64,000 nucleotides of DNA from positions 62,001 through 126,000 of the forward strand of contig CATNEN010000005.1 in the NCBI GenBank assembly GCA_950097015.1, written 5' to 3'. This DNA comes from Macrostomum hystrix. Lineage: Eukaryota; Animalia; Platyhelminthes. The notes under the pieces are model-generated. The model did not search any database, had not been told where the DNA came from, and was given only the letters and a program-made list of their open reading frames with translations. Made by a program: the position numbers and the translations under genes. Shown in pieces: positions 1 through 10,850 of the stretch (the first letter of the stretch is position 1; each line of letters begins with the position of its first letter).

Positions 1-79
1 AATGTGGCCTCGCGGTGGAATCGAACTTAAGGACCGTGGTACGAGAGGCAAACGCGTTAACCGCTCTGCCACCGACCCC
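1..79 (-). mobile_element. tRNA-derived SINE family A, head only (cut by window edge), in the intron of the SH3 gene
   Basis: Reverse complement GTCGGTGGCAGAGCGGTTAACGCGTTTGCCTCTCGTACC...GTTCGATTCCACCGCGAGGCCACATT matches the copies at 48.9, 51.4, 53.1 and 55.9 kb. Confidence 0.8.
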
Positions 80-160
80 TTACTATTACACATACTTTTA
101 CTTTCATGCGTACTGACAAGGGCAGTACGTACTGTATGTACAGGTATGTACTGTACATAC

Positions 161-448
161 CTGGCTATCGTCCGTAGTCTGCAGGAACTGCTTGGGCGCA
201 AATCCCAGTGTGCCAGTTTCAAAGTGTCGCACCCGCCACCACCATTCGTCCTGACGGTCGAGCACCTCCAGCATGTCGCCCTGCTTGAACGACAGGTCGC
301 CGGCGCAATGGGCTTCAAAGTCGCAAACAGCACGCATCACAAGTCGATTAGAGTTGAGCTCCGACTCCGCCAGGTTGCTCCGAGAAGCCCACTTAGAGCC
401 GGCATGCCGTGACTTTGGACGCCGAAGCTTGCTGAACTGTTTTCCCAT
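161..448 (-). CDS. First coding exon of an N-myristoylated SH3-domain protein (Src-family kinase-like); gene continues off the left edge
   Basis: ATG at 448 gives MGKQFSK (Gly2 myristoylation-type N-terminus), then an SH3 pattern RAVCDF...GDLSFKQGDMLEVLDRQDEWWWRVRH...GTLGFAP. Donor CAG|GTATGT at 160. No kinase or SH2 domain is visible, so Src-family is inferred. Confidence 0.7.
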
Positions 449-935
449 TTGAGGCGCAGATTTTACTTTTAGTTGGCTTTCCCTAAGGCTAGTTCCCTGT
501 TAGAGAGGCACAGAGCAAGTTTGAGAGAAAAGCTCAAACACTGCTCTGGCTTTATAATGCTTGCTGGTAAGCCCTACTATTTTTAAACCGTTGATATTTA
601 TAAGGCTTTCACAGCCCAGGTGAAGAAGTGTATGAGACCACTTTCGAGCCATCTTTCTGCGCAAAAGAATCAAGCATGTCCTATTCTTCGCGGGCACGCA
701 TCATATAAGAACTTTTTTCTATCTTGGCATCGCTGAGCTGCTGTGTTGCAACTTTTGTTTTAGTCCATCTAAAAAATGAGTACAATGTACTCATTTGTAC
801 TCAGGGGCGTATACTATGTACGATCTAGTGAGCATTTATCTAAACCAATTTAATAATACTAGACAGACATAAGGATAGAGAGTGGGGGTTTAAGGGTTGA
901 ATTTTTATCAAGGATGTCGACAAAAAAAGCTTTTA

Positions 936-1600
936 ATGCTTTGAATGCTGAAATTCTAGCCACGACTCCTGCTGCGATTCTCGTTTCGGATCCCGCTGAA
1001 ATTTTAGCTTTGACTCCTGCTGCGATTCTGGGTTGGGATCCCGCTGAAATTTTAGCCGTGTCTCCTGCGGCGATTCTGGGTTGGGATCCCGCTGAAAGTT
1101 TAGCTACAACTCCTGCTGCGGTTCTCGTTTCGGATCCCGCTGAAATTTTAGTTTAGCTTTGACTCCAGCTGCGATTCTGGGTTGGGATCCCGCTGAAATT
1201 TTAGCCGTGTCTCCTGCGGCGATTCTGGGTTGGGATCCCGCTGAAAGTTTAGCTACAACTCCTGCTGCGGTTCTCGTTTCGGATCCCGCTGAAATTTTAG
1301 TTTAGCTTTGACTCCAGCTGCGATTCTGGGTTGGGATCCCGCTGAAATTTTAGCCGTGTCTCCTGTGGGCGATTCTGGGTTGGGATCCCGCTGAAATTTT
1401 AGCTTTGACTCCTGCTGCGATTCTCGTTTCGGATCCCGCTGAAATTATAGCTTTGACTCCTGCTGCGATTCTAGGATCCCGCTGATTTTCAAGCTACGTT
1501 TCGTGCTACGATTCTGATTAACAATGCAGCTGCGATTCCTGCTGCGATTCTAGGTTAGAATCCTGCTGCGATTCTAGATTGGAATCCTGCTGCGATTCTA
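936..1600. repeat. 48-bp degenerate minisatellite
   Basis: Unit CTCCTGCTGCGATTCTGGGTTGGGATCCCGCTGAAATTTTAGCTTTGA; decays to a shorter CTGCTGCGATTCTA unit at the right end. Confidence 0.9.
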
Positions 1601-2072
1601 GGAAACAATTACTGCAGCGATTCTAAATGTAAAGCGAAGATTGATAGCAAAAGCTAGCGGTGAAAAAAACTATAAAATGGTTAAAGTCTTGATTAAAAAG
1701 TTTCGTTTTTAATAGATGTTCTTAACCGCATAAAAACATCGAGATGTTTGTTTAACTAATAGTTTTTTAGGATAGCGAAGTGTTGCTATCGAGCTTTAGT
1801 TATATATATTATAATTAATGCTTCACAACGTGTTACATATTTTAAGGTTCTTAGCAGATTATATAAGGAGATAGCTACACAAAATAGGACTTGTTAAACT
1901 AAATAGCTTATTTTAGAAAACAGGAAACAATATTCTATCAATCTACTTTCAGTAGGCGGTTTGCATTTTTTCATTATTATTCCTATTCATAGCCGTTAAT
2001 AAGTTTCTAAAGCACAAAATGTCTATTTCTAGTTAGTTGATGAAATCAGTCAGGTTTAACGAGTCCGCATCA

Positions 2073-2423
2073 TCAATGGTACTTGCTGTGAGCTTCGGCG
2101 GCATGCTCATCGTACTTCACGATGTAGTAGATGATCATGGGGAAGCCGACCATTTGAGCAAACACTGGGGCGCCAAGATTTTTAACGCTAACCCAACGAA
2201 TCATGTAGCGCCAGTAGGCCCGGCTCATCGCCTGACAAACGGCCACCGGATTGTAGTTGCGACGTCCTAGCCAGGATGGAATATCCTTCAGCTTAGTGTT
2301 CAATAGAGAAGTGTCCGTACAGCCATAGTTGATGGACGGATTATAGAATCCGTGAACTCTGGGATTGTAGTTGCGGTGATAGCCGGCAACGCCCTGCTTG
2401 TAGAGTGCGTCTAGTAGGCCCAT
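2073..2423 (-). CDS. ATP5MF: Mitochondrial ATP synthase subunit f (116 aa, single coding exon)
   Basis: MGLLDALYKQG...YNPRVHGFYNPSINYG...KLKDIPSWLGRRNYNP...AMSRAYWRY...HSKYH matches the invertebrate subunit f pattern (YNPKVHGPYDP, WLGRR, SRAWWRW, C-terminal KYH). Acceptor TTGCAG|CCATG lies 2 nt before the ATG; the longer ORF-track start is inside the repeat. Confidence 0.93.
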   Translation of the reverse strand: MGLLDALYKQGVAGYHRNYNPRVHGFYNPSINYGCTDTSLLNTKLKDIPSWLGRRNYNPVAVCQAMSRAYWRYMIRWVSVKNLGAPVFAQMVGFPMIIYYIVKYDEHAAEAHSKYH

Positions 2424-2489
2424 GGCTGCAAGGCATTGACAATTTTGAGCGAGTGTACATTGCTCATGCAGGTTGGGAAAGGGAGTAGG

Positions 2490-3490
2490 GCCTGGAGCGA
2501 ATGTACATTTCTGGCCTGGTTGGTAAAGAGGGTTAGTCAGGGAGGGAGTGAACATTTCTGGCCTGGTTGGGAAAGAGGGTTAGTCAGGGAGGGAGTGAAC
2601 ATTTCTGGCCTGGTTGGGAAAGAGGGTTAGTCAGGGAGGGAGTGTACATTTCTGGCCTGGTTGGTAAAGAGGGTTAGTCAGGGAGGGAGTGAACATTTCT
2701 GGCCTGGTTGGGAAAGAGGGTTAGGCAGTGAGGGAGTGAACATTTCTGGCCTGGTTGGGAAAGAGGGTTAGTCAGGGAGGGAGTGAACATTTCTGGCCTG
2801 GTTGGGAAAGAGGGTTAGGCAGTGAGGGAGTGAACATTTCTGGCCTGGTTGGGAAAGAGGGTTAGTCAGGGAGGGAGTGAACATTTCTGGCCTGGTTGGG
2901 AAAGAGGGTTAGTCAGGGAGGGAGTGAACATTTCTGGCCTGGTTGGGAAAGAGGGTTAGTCAGGGAGGGAGTAAACATTTCTGGCCTGGTTGGGAAAGAG
3001 GGTTAGTCAGGGAGGGAGTAAACATTTCTGGCCTGGTTGGGAAAGAGGGTTAGTCAGGGAGGGAGTAAACATTTCTGGCCTGGTTGGGAAAGAGGGTTAG
3101 TCAGGGAGGGAGTGAACATTTCTGGCCTGGTTGGGAAAGAGGGTTAGTCAGTGAGGGAGTAAACATTTCTGGCCTGGTTGGGAAAGAGGGTTAGTCAGGG
3201 AGGGAGTGAACATTTCTGGCCTGGTTGGGAAAGAGGGTTAGTCAGTGAGGGAGTGAACATTTCTGGCCTGGTTGGGAAAGAGGGTTAGTCAGGGAGGGAG
3301 TGAACATTTCTGGCCTGGTTGGGAAAGAGGGTTAGTCAGGGAGGGAGTGAACATTTCTGGCCTGGTTGGGAAAGAGGGTTAGTCAGTGAGGGAGTGAACA
3401 TTTCTGGCCTGGTTGGGAAAGAGGGTTAGTCAGGGAGGGAGTGAACATTTCTGGCCTGGTTGGGAAAGAGGGTTAGTCAGGGAGGGAGTT
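2490..3490. repeat. 47-bp minisatellite, ~21 copies
   Basis: Unit GAACATTTCTGGCCTGGTTGGGAAAGAGGGTTAGTCAGGGAGGGAGT. Confidence 0.97.
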
Positions 3491-4101
3491 TACATAAATG
3501 GGACACTTGTTGAAAGCATACATCCCTGCCTACTTATTAATTAAACAGTTATTATTTAAACAAAATGAACAGAAACACATAAAACCTATGGCGGACACTT
3601 CAGCTAGAAACCAGTAGGAGAGAAGCTGCCAAACATGTTTTCTCGTGTTATTACTTGTATTCATTCTTTAAACAAATTTCGCACAAGTCGATACTTTTTA
3701 AGGCTAATATATAACTAAGACTCAATAGTTAAATGAAGATAAATTACATGCAACATTTTTAATAGAGAACAAGCAGCAAGAATGATTATGATTAAAAATG
3801 AATAACTGCATTCTAACGATTTTGAGTGGCTATTGATCGATAATAAGCCAAAATGGAAACTAGAAATATAATAAGAAACATGACATTTGAAAAACGGAAC
3901 TGTATTTTACCCAGCTAGTTTACCACACACAATGTCAAGAGAAATTCATTTAGCATTGAACCATAGACAGGGCATTCTGACACACTGAGTCGCACAGGGA
4001 AAATGCAAGAATAAGTGTCTAACAATGCATTTGAAATGAAATAAAACCAAACACTGGGAAAAAACAGGCACATTACTGAAGACAAACGCCAGCGTGAACT
4101 T

Positions 4102-7100
4102 CTACTTGACCAATCCTGCTTTCTTGGCTTCGGTCTCGTAGATAAGCAGGCGCCACAGTTTAACAACAAACACTTCGGCTTCATCGTCTAGAACTAGGAC
4201 CATCTCGCTGAGTATAAGGTCCGGCTTAGTGCGATCCATCACTTTACCGCAGACAAATTCAGTTAACTGCGCCTCCTCTTCGCCAATGTATTCGATAATC
4301 TTTTTATTAATCCAAGGTTTGACTCGATTCTCCATGAGTGTGGCGTCAACAATGCTCCAATCGAGATTATAGGCGAATAGTTCATCTTTGGCCGTTGGTA
4401 TGCCATCGATGAGTCGTTTAATTAGAGCCTTCTTTTCTTCTTCGTTGGCGAATGCGGATGTAGCTGAAGTTGACGGTTGAGACGTTGTTGGTCTAGTCTG
4501 AGCAGTGTGCTGCTGCTGCTGCTGCTGCTGCGTCGCTGGCGGCGAAGGTTTACGATCCTCTGCATCATCATCGTCGCCCATCGTCATAGCGTCATGATGA
4601 TCGTCGTCGTCGTCTTCATCGCGATCATCCTGACTGCGATTGTTCTGAGCTTCGATTTTATGCTGGTCGTCGGATCTGAATAAAAAACAAAATAGAAAAA
4701 ATAAATAAACTAGAAGCTATAATTTAAAGTCACAGAAATGCACATTAAGGTACGAGCCATTATGTATCGCCAGATTGTACAGAACATTTACCAAACATAA
4801 AAAGGACACCAAAAACTTTAAAAGTAAATGAGGCAGAACTATTTTGGAAGGAATAATACAAAAGCAAAAACCGAATTTCAACAAGAGATAGTCTGCTAAA
4901 GTACATCATAAATCATCCCTATAATTATAATAAATTTTATCTAAAACAGCGAAGAGTAGCCAGAAAACATCCTATATTTACACCAGTAATCATCCTAAAA
5001 GTACACCAGTAATTATTCTAAAAGAACACCATTAATCATCCTAAAAGTGCACCAGTAATCATCCTAAAAGTACACCAGTAACTATCCCAAAAGTACAACA
5101 GGAATTATCCTAAAATTACACCAGTAATTATTCTAAAAAAACACCATTAATCATCCTAAAAGTGCACCAGTAATCATCCTAAAAGTACACCAGTAATCAT
5201 TCTAAAAGTGCACCAGTAATCATCCTAAAAGTACACCAGTAATCATTCTAAAAGTACACCAGTAATCATCCTAAAAGTACACCAGTAATCATCCTAAAAG
5301 TACACTGGGAATCACCATAAAAGTACACCAGTAATCATCCTAAAAGTACAACGGGAATCACCATAAAAGTACACCATAAATAAACCCTAAAAGTACGTCA
5401 ATGAAGAACGCTGTCCAAACGCATATGAACTCACCTGGATTTGGAATTATCTCCCTCGCCATTAACAGCAACACTAGCCACCGTGGCGTTATCAGCGGAG
5501 TCAACATCAGACCTCTGATTATCAATTTTAGATTGGACGGATTTCAAATCCTGAGCTGGAGGCGGAGTCGGCGGACTGAGGAGTTTGCGCAGGTGAGCAT
5601 CTCTGGCTTCGTCTAATTCGGCGCAGATTGCTTCAACATCAGCCGGTTCGCGACCTTCGGCTAGTAGACGGCGCCTAGCTTCGCCGACCTCCTCTAGCTC
5701 ACGAGCCCTGTCTCGTTCGTCCTGCTCTCGCTCGCGATCCCGCTCTCTAAGCCGGCGACGAAATGCGTCGCCTCTGTAAAATTTTGCGTCGTCCGATTCG
5801 TCGTCGTATTCGGCTAGAAAGTTGCGCATCTCGCGCGCCTCGTGTGCCTCCTTGGCCAACCGTTTCTCCTCGCGTTCCCGCTCTCGCTCGTATTCGCGAG
5901 ACTGCGCAATGGGACAGAGTTTGTTTGGGATTTAGGAGCAACACCAATATCCCCCCATGAAGATCACTAGTTTCCCTTAACTTTTTTTGGTTGTTCCTTC
6001 CCCTCCTGAGTTCCGTTGGATGTTCCTTCCCCTCCTGAGTTTTGTAGGCTGTTCCTTCATTTCTTGAGTTCCGTAGGCTGTTCCTTCCCTTCCTCAGTTC
6101 CGTAGGCTGTTCCTTCATTTCTTGAGTTCCGTAGGCTGTTCCTTCCCTTCCTCAGTTCCGTAGGCTGTTCCTTCATTTCTTGAGTTCCGTAGGCTGTTCC
6201 TTCATCTCTTGAGTTCTGTAGGCTGTTCCTTCATTTCTTGAGTTCTGTAGGCTGTTCCTTCATTTCCTGAGTTCCGTAGTCTGTTCCTTCCCCTCTCGTT
6301 AGTTCCGTAGGCTGTTCCTTTCACTCCCCTAAGTTCCACAGGCTATTTCTTCCTCTCTCCTTAATTCCATAGGCTGTTCCTTTAAATCTCCTTAGTTTAT
6401 TAGCCCAAAAACCACCGATTGTTTACCTTCTTTTTCTCCCTCTGGTTCCAGTGCTTTAGCTCCTTCTGATAAGACTCCTCCTTATCTAGCAGTTTCTTCT
6501 CCTGACGTCGACGTTCAGCAGCCTCTTCATCAGCTTCGGCTGTAGCCTTCTCAGAAGCCGCAGTTGCCGATCTAGCCTTAGACGAGGCGCTTTCATTCTT
6601 AGATCTCTCTTCTCGCTCCTTATCCCGATCGCGTTCTCGCTCCTTCTCGCGCTTCTCGCGTCGCCGACGTTCGCGCTCTCGCTCCCTTTCACGCTCTAGA
6701 CGCTCTTCGAGTTTAGGCGAGTCGTCTCGATAGCGGGAACGGAAGATCTCGATTTCTCTATTGATAATGTCGCGCTTGTCGTTGTCTAGATCCATGTCAT
6801 CTAGGGACTGCTTGGGGCCGACCAGTTTAGGTGCCCGAACGTCCAATTCGCCGTCCTCAACTCGTTCAATTTCTGGTAGGAAGCGCTGAACAATCTGGAA
6901 GAAAATGAGCCAATTTACGTCAAAAACAAGTTTTATAACGTCAAAAGAAAAAATCATTCAAGTAAGATTAATTAGAGAGGCAGGGCTAGATAAGTTTGAA
7001 AGAGAGAAGTAGATTGAAGGAGAGTCAGGGTTGTACTTCGCTCCAAAAAGGGAGGTAGATAATGTTCAAGGAGGTATAAAGCAGTATAATAGTCTACTAT

Positions 7101-8998
7101 ATCGCATTGAAGTAGAAAAAATGTATTATTGAAGGACAACAGTGTTGAAGTGGAGAAGTAGACAGGATTGAAGTGGAGAAGTAGACAGGGTTGAAGTGGA
7201 GAAGTAGACAGGATTGAAGTGGAGAAGTAGACAGGATTGAAGTGGAGAAGTAGACAGGATTGAAGTGGAGAAGTAGACAGGATTGAAATGGAGAAGTAGA
7301 CAGGATTGAAGTGGAGAAGTAGACAGGATTGAAGTGGAGAAGTAGACAGGATTGAAATGGAGAAGTAGACAGGATTGAAGTGGAGAAGTAGACAGGATTG
7401 AAGTGGAGAAGTAGACAAGATTGAAGTGGAGAAGTAGACAGGATTGAAATGGAGAAGTAGACAGGATTGAAGTGGAGAAGTAGACAGGATTGAAGTGGAG
7501 AAGTAGACAAGATTGAAGTGGAGAAGTAGACAGGATTGAAGTGTAGAAGTAGACAGGATTGAAGTGGAGAAGTAGACAGGATTGAAATGGAGAAGTATAC
7601 AGGATTGAAGTGGAGAAGTAGACAGGATTGAAGTGGAGAAGTAGACAGGATTGAAGTGGAGAAGTAGACAGGATTGAAATGGAGAAGTAGACAGGATTGA
7701 AGTGGAGAAGTAGACAGGATTGAAGTGGAGAAGTAGACAGGATTGAAGTGGAGAAGTAGACAGGATTGAAGTGGAGAAGTATACAGGATTGAAATGGAGA
7801 AGTATACAGGATTGAAATGGAGAAGTAGACAGGATTGAAGTGGAGAAGTAGACAGGATTGAAGTGGAGAAGTAGACAGGATTGAAGTGGAGAAGTAGACA
7901 GGATTGAAGTGGAGAAGTAGACAGGATTGAAGTGGAGAAGTAGACAGGATTGAAATGGAGAAGTAGACAGGATTGAAGTGGAGAAGTAGACAGGGTTGAA
8001 GTGGAGAAGTAGACAGGATTGAAGTGGAGAAGTAGACAGGATTGAAATGGAGAAGTAGACAGGATTGAAGTGGAGAAGTAGACAGGATTGAAATGGAGAA
8101 GTAGACAGGATTGAAGTGGAGAAGTAGACAAGATTGAAGTGGAGAAGTAGACAGGATTGAAGTGGAGAAGTAGACAGGATTGAAGTGAAGAAGTAGACAG
8201 GGTTGGAAATGGAGAAGTAGACAGGATTGAAGTGGAGAAGTAGACAGGATTGAAATGGAGAAGTAGACAGGATTGAAATGGAGAAGTAGACAGGACTGAA
8301 CGTGAGAAGTTGATGAGGTTGAACGAGAGAAGGTTAAAAAAGAGAAGTGCAGGACAGAAGTAGATAAAAGTATATTTCAAATGTGGTGGCAAATAACAGA
8401 GAAAAGGACTAGCCTGATTCATTCGCCGCTTAGTCTCCTCGTCTCGCTCAGCATCTGGGGCATCTGGCAAGCCGTGCCGCTTCTTATAATTGTCCAGCAT
8501 AGCCTGACTACTGGAGTCGACGCGAACATTGAACTTCTTGCCGGCCACATCGATCTGTCCCAGCAGCCGGCCGCAGGTCATTGTGGCTACGGGGTCGGCG
8601 AATTCGCAGAAGCCAAACGACTGCAATTTACCATCGGCGCCAGTGACTCGTTTCCAATTATTGACAAAGCCGCAAACGCTGAGCAATTCGCGCATCATTG
8701 AATTCGGCGCTCGATCGCTGATGCCGCCAACAAAAACTGCGGTTGCCGGCTTCTCGCCTGATGCTGAACCAGCTGATGCAGCTCCGATGGCTCCGATAGG
8801 ATTCTGCTGCTGCTGTTCAGAAGCACATTCCTTATTGCAATCAGTTTCAGCGTCTTTGATTTTCTCTTCTTTGACTGGCGATGCTTGACTGTTAGGTTTG
8901 TCTGTTTTCTTCGTCTCTGCTGATGCAGTCGATTTAGAATCTTTTGCTTCTGGTGCAGGTGAAGCTTTCCTGTTGTCTTCCACTTTTGGTTCGGGCAT
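4102..8998 (-). CDS. RBM25: RNA-binding protein 25 (RRM + RE/RD-rich + PWI); exons 8998-8414, 6894-6427, 5901-5435, 4675-4102
   Basis: RRM (TAVFVGGISDRAP...KLQSFGFCEF), RE-rich linker, FLAEYDDESDDAKFYRG motif and C-terminal PWI (IPTAKDELFAY...VKPWINKKIIEYIGEEE...VFVVKLWRLLIYET). Splice phases 0/0/2 join into one open frame; the first intron needs a GC donor. An upstream non-coding exon is possible (acceptor ~9049, donor ~11865). Confidence 0.95.
4975..5395. repeat. 23-bp intronic minisatellite (RBM25 intron 3)
   Basis: Unit CACCAGTAATCATCCTAAAAGTA. Confidence 0.9.
5985..6395. repeat. 29-bp intronic minisatellite (RBM25 intron 2)
   Basis: Unit GAGTTCCGTAGGCTGTTCCTTCATTTCTT with degenerate edges. 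Confidence 0.9.
7140..8300. repeat. 23-bp intronic minisatellite (RBM25 intron 1)
   Basis: Unit GTAGACAGGATTGAAGTGGAGAA, ~50 copies; explains the repetitive tail of ORF 7097..8998. Confidence 0.97.
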
Positions 8999-9306
8999 TC
9001 TTGCTTGCTTCTTTCTGTTATTGTGATATCTAAAATATCTGAAAAAAATTACAAATTAAAAGACAAATTTATTTCTGTGTATAACAAATATATGAAGATT
9101 AATAATATTCTGTCATCAATACTATACTAAATCTTTTAAGTTATTTGCAAAAAAATATTAATAAAAAAAAATGTTTTCCCCTATATGAGTCAGCCATTTT
9201 GCAACATGCCTAGCACATTTCACAATTTCCTGGTGCATGTCTGTGAACTTTGGGCAAAAATTCCAAAGGATATTTATTTCAAAGCAATAAAAATATACAT
9301 GCATAA

Positions 9307-10446
9307 GTGCTGGGCGCCCCACCCTCCACTCCCTTCGAAGGCATGAATGCTTTCCTCAACGCTACACCCATTGACATTTTCATCAAGGGGGAAGCAGCAA
9401 AGTCCACCCGTCATCTCCTTGATGCGGGTGTCTCCTTCCAGAATTCGCGAGCCTTCTCGAAGCGCTCCCTTCTGCCTCACTCTGACCTCTGCCTAAAAAC
9501 TCTGGGCGAGTGCGGAGGGCTCACCATCCTTTCGGATGGGGCCCCGGCCACTTTACTCCGGAGCCACAGGTACAAAGTCAGCATCTCCCCTCGTAATGAG
9601 GTAAAGGACTGCTGGGATGACCCGGCAGTCCACTGTTACACTGATGGCTCTCTGATGAATGGTAAATTGGGATTCGGAGTGTGCGTCGCCTTGGGTGGTG
9701 AGGTCCTCTGGACCCACTCCCAATACTGTGGCAAGAGCTCTAGCGTTTTCCAAAACGAAGTGCTCGCCATCAGCTTCTGTGCGGCTGAGCTGCGCCAGAG
9801 GCAACTGGCTGGTCGGAGGATCTTTTTTCACTCCGACAGTCAAGCAGCCCTCAAGGCCCTCAGCCACTGCACCTCTTGCTCCAGAACCACCTTGGACTGC
9901 AACACCCAGTTAAACAGGCTGGCGCAGTCTAACAAGGTGGAGCTGTTGTGGATCCCTGGGCATGCCGGGTTCACAGGGAATGAGATGGCGGACCAGCTTG
10001 CTAAGGCTAGAGTAGCCAGCTCCCTGATGGGCCCGGGCCTGGAGTCCCCGATCCCTGTCTCTGTTGTCAACTCCAGCATCAACCACTGGATGGAGACCCA
10101 GCACCGGAGGAGGTGGTCCAGCACCCTGAACTGTCGCCAGTCCAGGGCTGCGGTGCCAACCCCCTCTAGTAACCTGCATAAGGCCTTACTCAGGCTTAAC
10201 CGCAGAGACCTAAGAGCAGTCACTATGGCCCTTTTGGGACATAGCTGCTTCACCAGACACCGCTACCTTCAAGGCCACTTGCCTGAGGAAACGTGTCCCT
10301 TCTGCTGCTCCGGTCGTGAAAATGCCAAGCATTTCATCTGCCACTGCCCGGCCTTCACCCGGGCTAGGCTAAAACATCTCGGGCCGGCACCAACTCTTGC
10401 CAAAGCCTGCTCGCCCGAGAACATCCCACAGCTTGCCCACTTTTAA
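9307..10446 (+). mobile_element. 5'-truncated non-LTR retrotransposon (RNase H + C-terminal CCHC zinc knuckle; I/R1/LOA-like), antisense to RBM25
   Basis: RNase H motifs YTDGS, VFQNEVLAI, FHSDSQAALKAL, LWIPGHAGFTGNEMADQLAK, then CPFCCSGRENAKHFICHC. The frame is open for 379 aa but there is no RT core; no TSD identified. Confidence 0.9.
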
Positions 10447-10509
10447 TCTTTTAAAATGGTGCCAATGACGCAGAACGACGAATGGGAGTTGTCTATGGCC
10501 CATAGTAGC

Positions 10510-10850
10510 CGCATAGAGTTGTTTGGGGCACAGAAATTCAGCTGAGTTTTATTTTATATGAGAGACTTCGAGACTCTTCTGATTTGCGAATGGCTGGGTA
10601 GCCCCCAAGATCATTGTGGATTGTGCCACCAAATGAAGTTCTGCCAGCATTGGCACTGATGGAACTAAATATGAATTCAAGGGATCTGATGGAAGTGACG
10701 ACAAGTACTGACGAGACTATGTGGCATGGCACTAGTGATGCCCTCTTTGAATTGCACATCCAAGAGTATCTATGGCAACACCTTCACCCAGGGCTTGCCA
10801 AGGCTTTTGGCAGCATTCTGTACTGGATTTGTCATTATTACCCAGTTTAG
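10510..10850 (+). mobile_element. Decayed Merlin/ISXO2-like (IS1595 superfamily) DDE transposase remnant
   Basis: Frameshifted pieces TLL-ICEWL / VAP-K-IIV-DC, IQGI*W / MEV, and HGTSDALFELHIQEYLWQH...AFGSILYWICHYYPV resemble the Merlin C-terminal pattern (TLLPIIxxWVxPG..IxSDCW; IExxW; GTS...YLxEFLWR...FxxLLxxIxxxYP). Recognised from memory; no TIRs seen. Confidence 0.5.

Noticed and set aside
2570-2590. Telomere-like GGGTTAG in the 47-bp unit
   Set aside because: A single heptamer per unit, with no (TTAGGG)n run.
7097-8413. Repetitive C-terminal part of ORF 7097..8998
   Set aside because: Read-through into the intronic 23-bp repeat; RBM25 homology resumes at 6894.
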